Source: an uncultured Rikenellaceae bacterium (GTDB lineage Bacteria > Bacteroidota > Bacteroidia > Bacteroidales > VadinHA17). Taken from it: a stretch of 62,262 nt of DNA. The position numbers were made by a program, and so were the translations under genes. The stretch lies in NCBI GenBank assembly GCA_964419775.1, contig CAYQRF010000003.1, positions 1 to 62,262 on the forward strand, given 5' to 3'. Under the pieces are notes generated by a model. The model searched no databases and had not been told where the DNA came from. It saw only the letters and a program-made list of their open reading frames with translations. Below, piece after piece: positions 61,401-62,262 of the stretch; the first letter of the stretch is position 1; each line of letters opens with the position of its first letter.

Positions 61401-62262
61401 ATGGAGTTTCCGGTTGAAAAATTTAATTCGCTCAGAGCTTCTCTTGAGGGCGATCTCAAATACGACAAGGTAAGCAGGGTAATTTATGCCACCGATGCAT
61501 CAGACTACAAGGAAGAGCCGGTAGCAGTGGCCTGGCCGCTTAATGCGTCCGACATTAAGAAGATTCTCTGTTTTGCATCCAAGGAGAAAATCGGGGTGAC
61601 GCTTCGGGCGGCCGGAACATCGCTGGCAGGACAGGTTGTGAGTTCCGGAATAATAGTGGATATCTCAAGGTACATGAACAGGATCCTTGAGGTAAACAGG
61701 GAGGAGCACTGGGTAAGGGTTGAACCCGGAGTTGTTCTTGACGAACTGAACATGTACCTGAAACCGTTCGGGCTCTTTTTCGGTCCCGAAACCTCCACTT
61801 CCAGCAGATGCAACATGGGCGGGATGCTTGGAAATAACTCATGCGGATCGCACTCTCTTGTCTATGGTTCAACAAGGGATCACACACTGGAGATAAAGGC
61901 TCTCCTGAGCGACGGAAGCGAGGTTACTTTCGGTCCGGCAAACAAGGATACCTTTGAAACGAAATGTTCACGCACCGATCTGGAAGGCAGCATTTACAGG
62001 AATATCAGGGATATGCTGGGCAATCCAGCCAATCAAAAATCCATAAGGGAAGGATATCCCGATCCCCGGATACCAAGGCGAAACACAGGCTATGCCCTCG
62101 ACCTGCTGCTCGATTCAGAGATATTTGACAACAGTTCGGGTAAACCATTCAATTTCTGCAAGCTGCTGGCAGGATCGGAAGGCACCCTTGCTGTAACTAC
62201 CGAAATAAAGCTCAACGCGGTTCCTCTTCCTCCTGCATTCAAAACGCTTGTCTGCGTTCACC
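61401..62262 (+). CDS. FAD-binding oxidoreductase (FAD-linked oxidase family), truncated by the window end
   Basis: Translated by hand: YATDASDY, RAAGTSLAGQ, VEPGVVLDELN, GGMLGNNSCG, LLAGSEGTLA; open to the window edge. Confidence 0.88.
   Translation, partial: MEFPVEKFNSLRASLEGDLKYDKVSRVIYATDASDYKEEPVAVAWPLNASDIKKILCFASKEKIGVTLRAAGTSLAGQVVSSGIIVDISRYMNRILEVNREEHWVRVEPGVVLDELNMYLKPFGLFFGPETSTSSRCNMGGMLGNNSCGSHSLVYGSTRDHTLEIKALLSDGSEVTFGPANKDTFETKCSRTDLEGSIYRNIRDMLGNPANQKSIREGYPDPRIPRRNTGYALDLLLDSEIFDNSSGKPFNFCKLLAGSEGTLAVTTEIKLNAVPLPPAFKTLVCVH

Overview
Chromosomal window from an anaerobic Bacteroidales-type bacterium, judged from TAnnTTTG promoters, a T9SS-type C-terminal domain and the rpmB-rpmG-DUF4295-ftsY-rimO synteny. 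Positions 1 to ~10990 are the right-hand part of a more AT-rich integrative element. It ends in a 45-bp 3' fragment of tRNA-Gly(CCC) and carries a tyrosine integrase, an HTH/excisionase, a probable Rep_trans-type initiator and a type I R-M system. An AbiF/Abi_2-like HEPN protein sits between hsdS and hsdR, coupled to hsdR, behind its own promoter and a short structured, terminated leader RNA. This is the best candidate for a novel system: an RNA-antitoxin-controlled nuclease in the slot PrrC occupies in EcoprrI. The rest is mostly core genome: cinA, ribosomal proteins, ftsY, rimO, clpC, gyrA, typA, rel, pyrK/pyrD, tRNA-Lys, pta-ackA-ptb-ptb-buk and glycoside hydrolases. Other notable signals are an XRE-S24 repressor / dinB-dnaE cassette with tandem TGATTA-N5-TAATCA boxes, six TTAC-N4-GTAA-like palindromes upstream of an XRE gene, and several short-repeat hairpin elements. 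All calls come from reading motifs by eye; no database searches were run.
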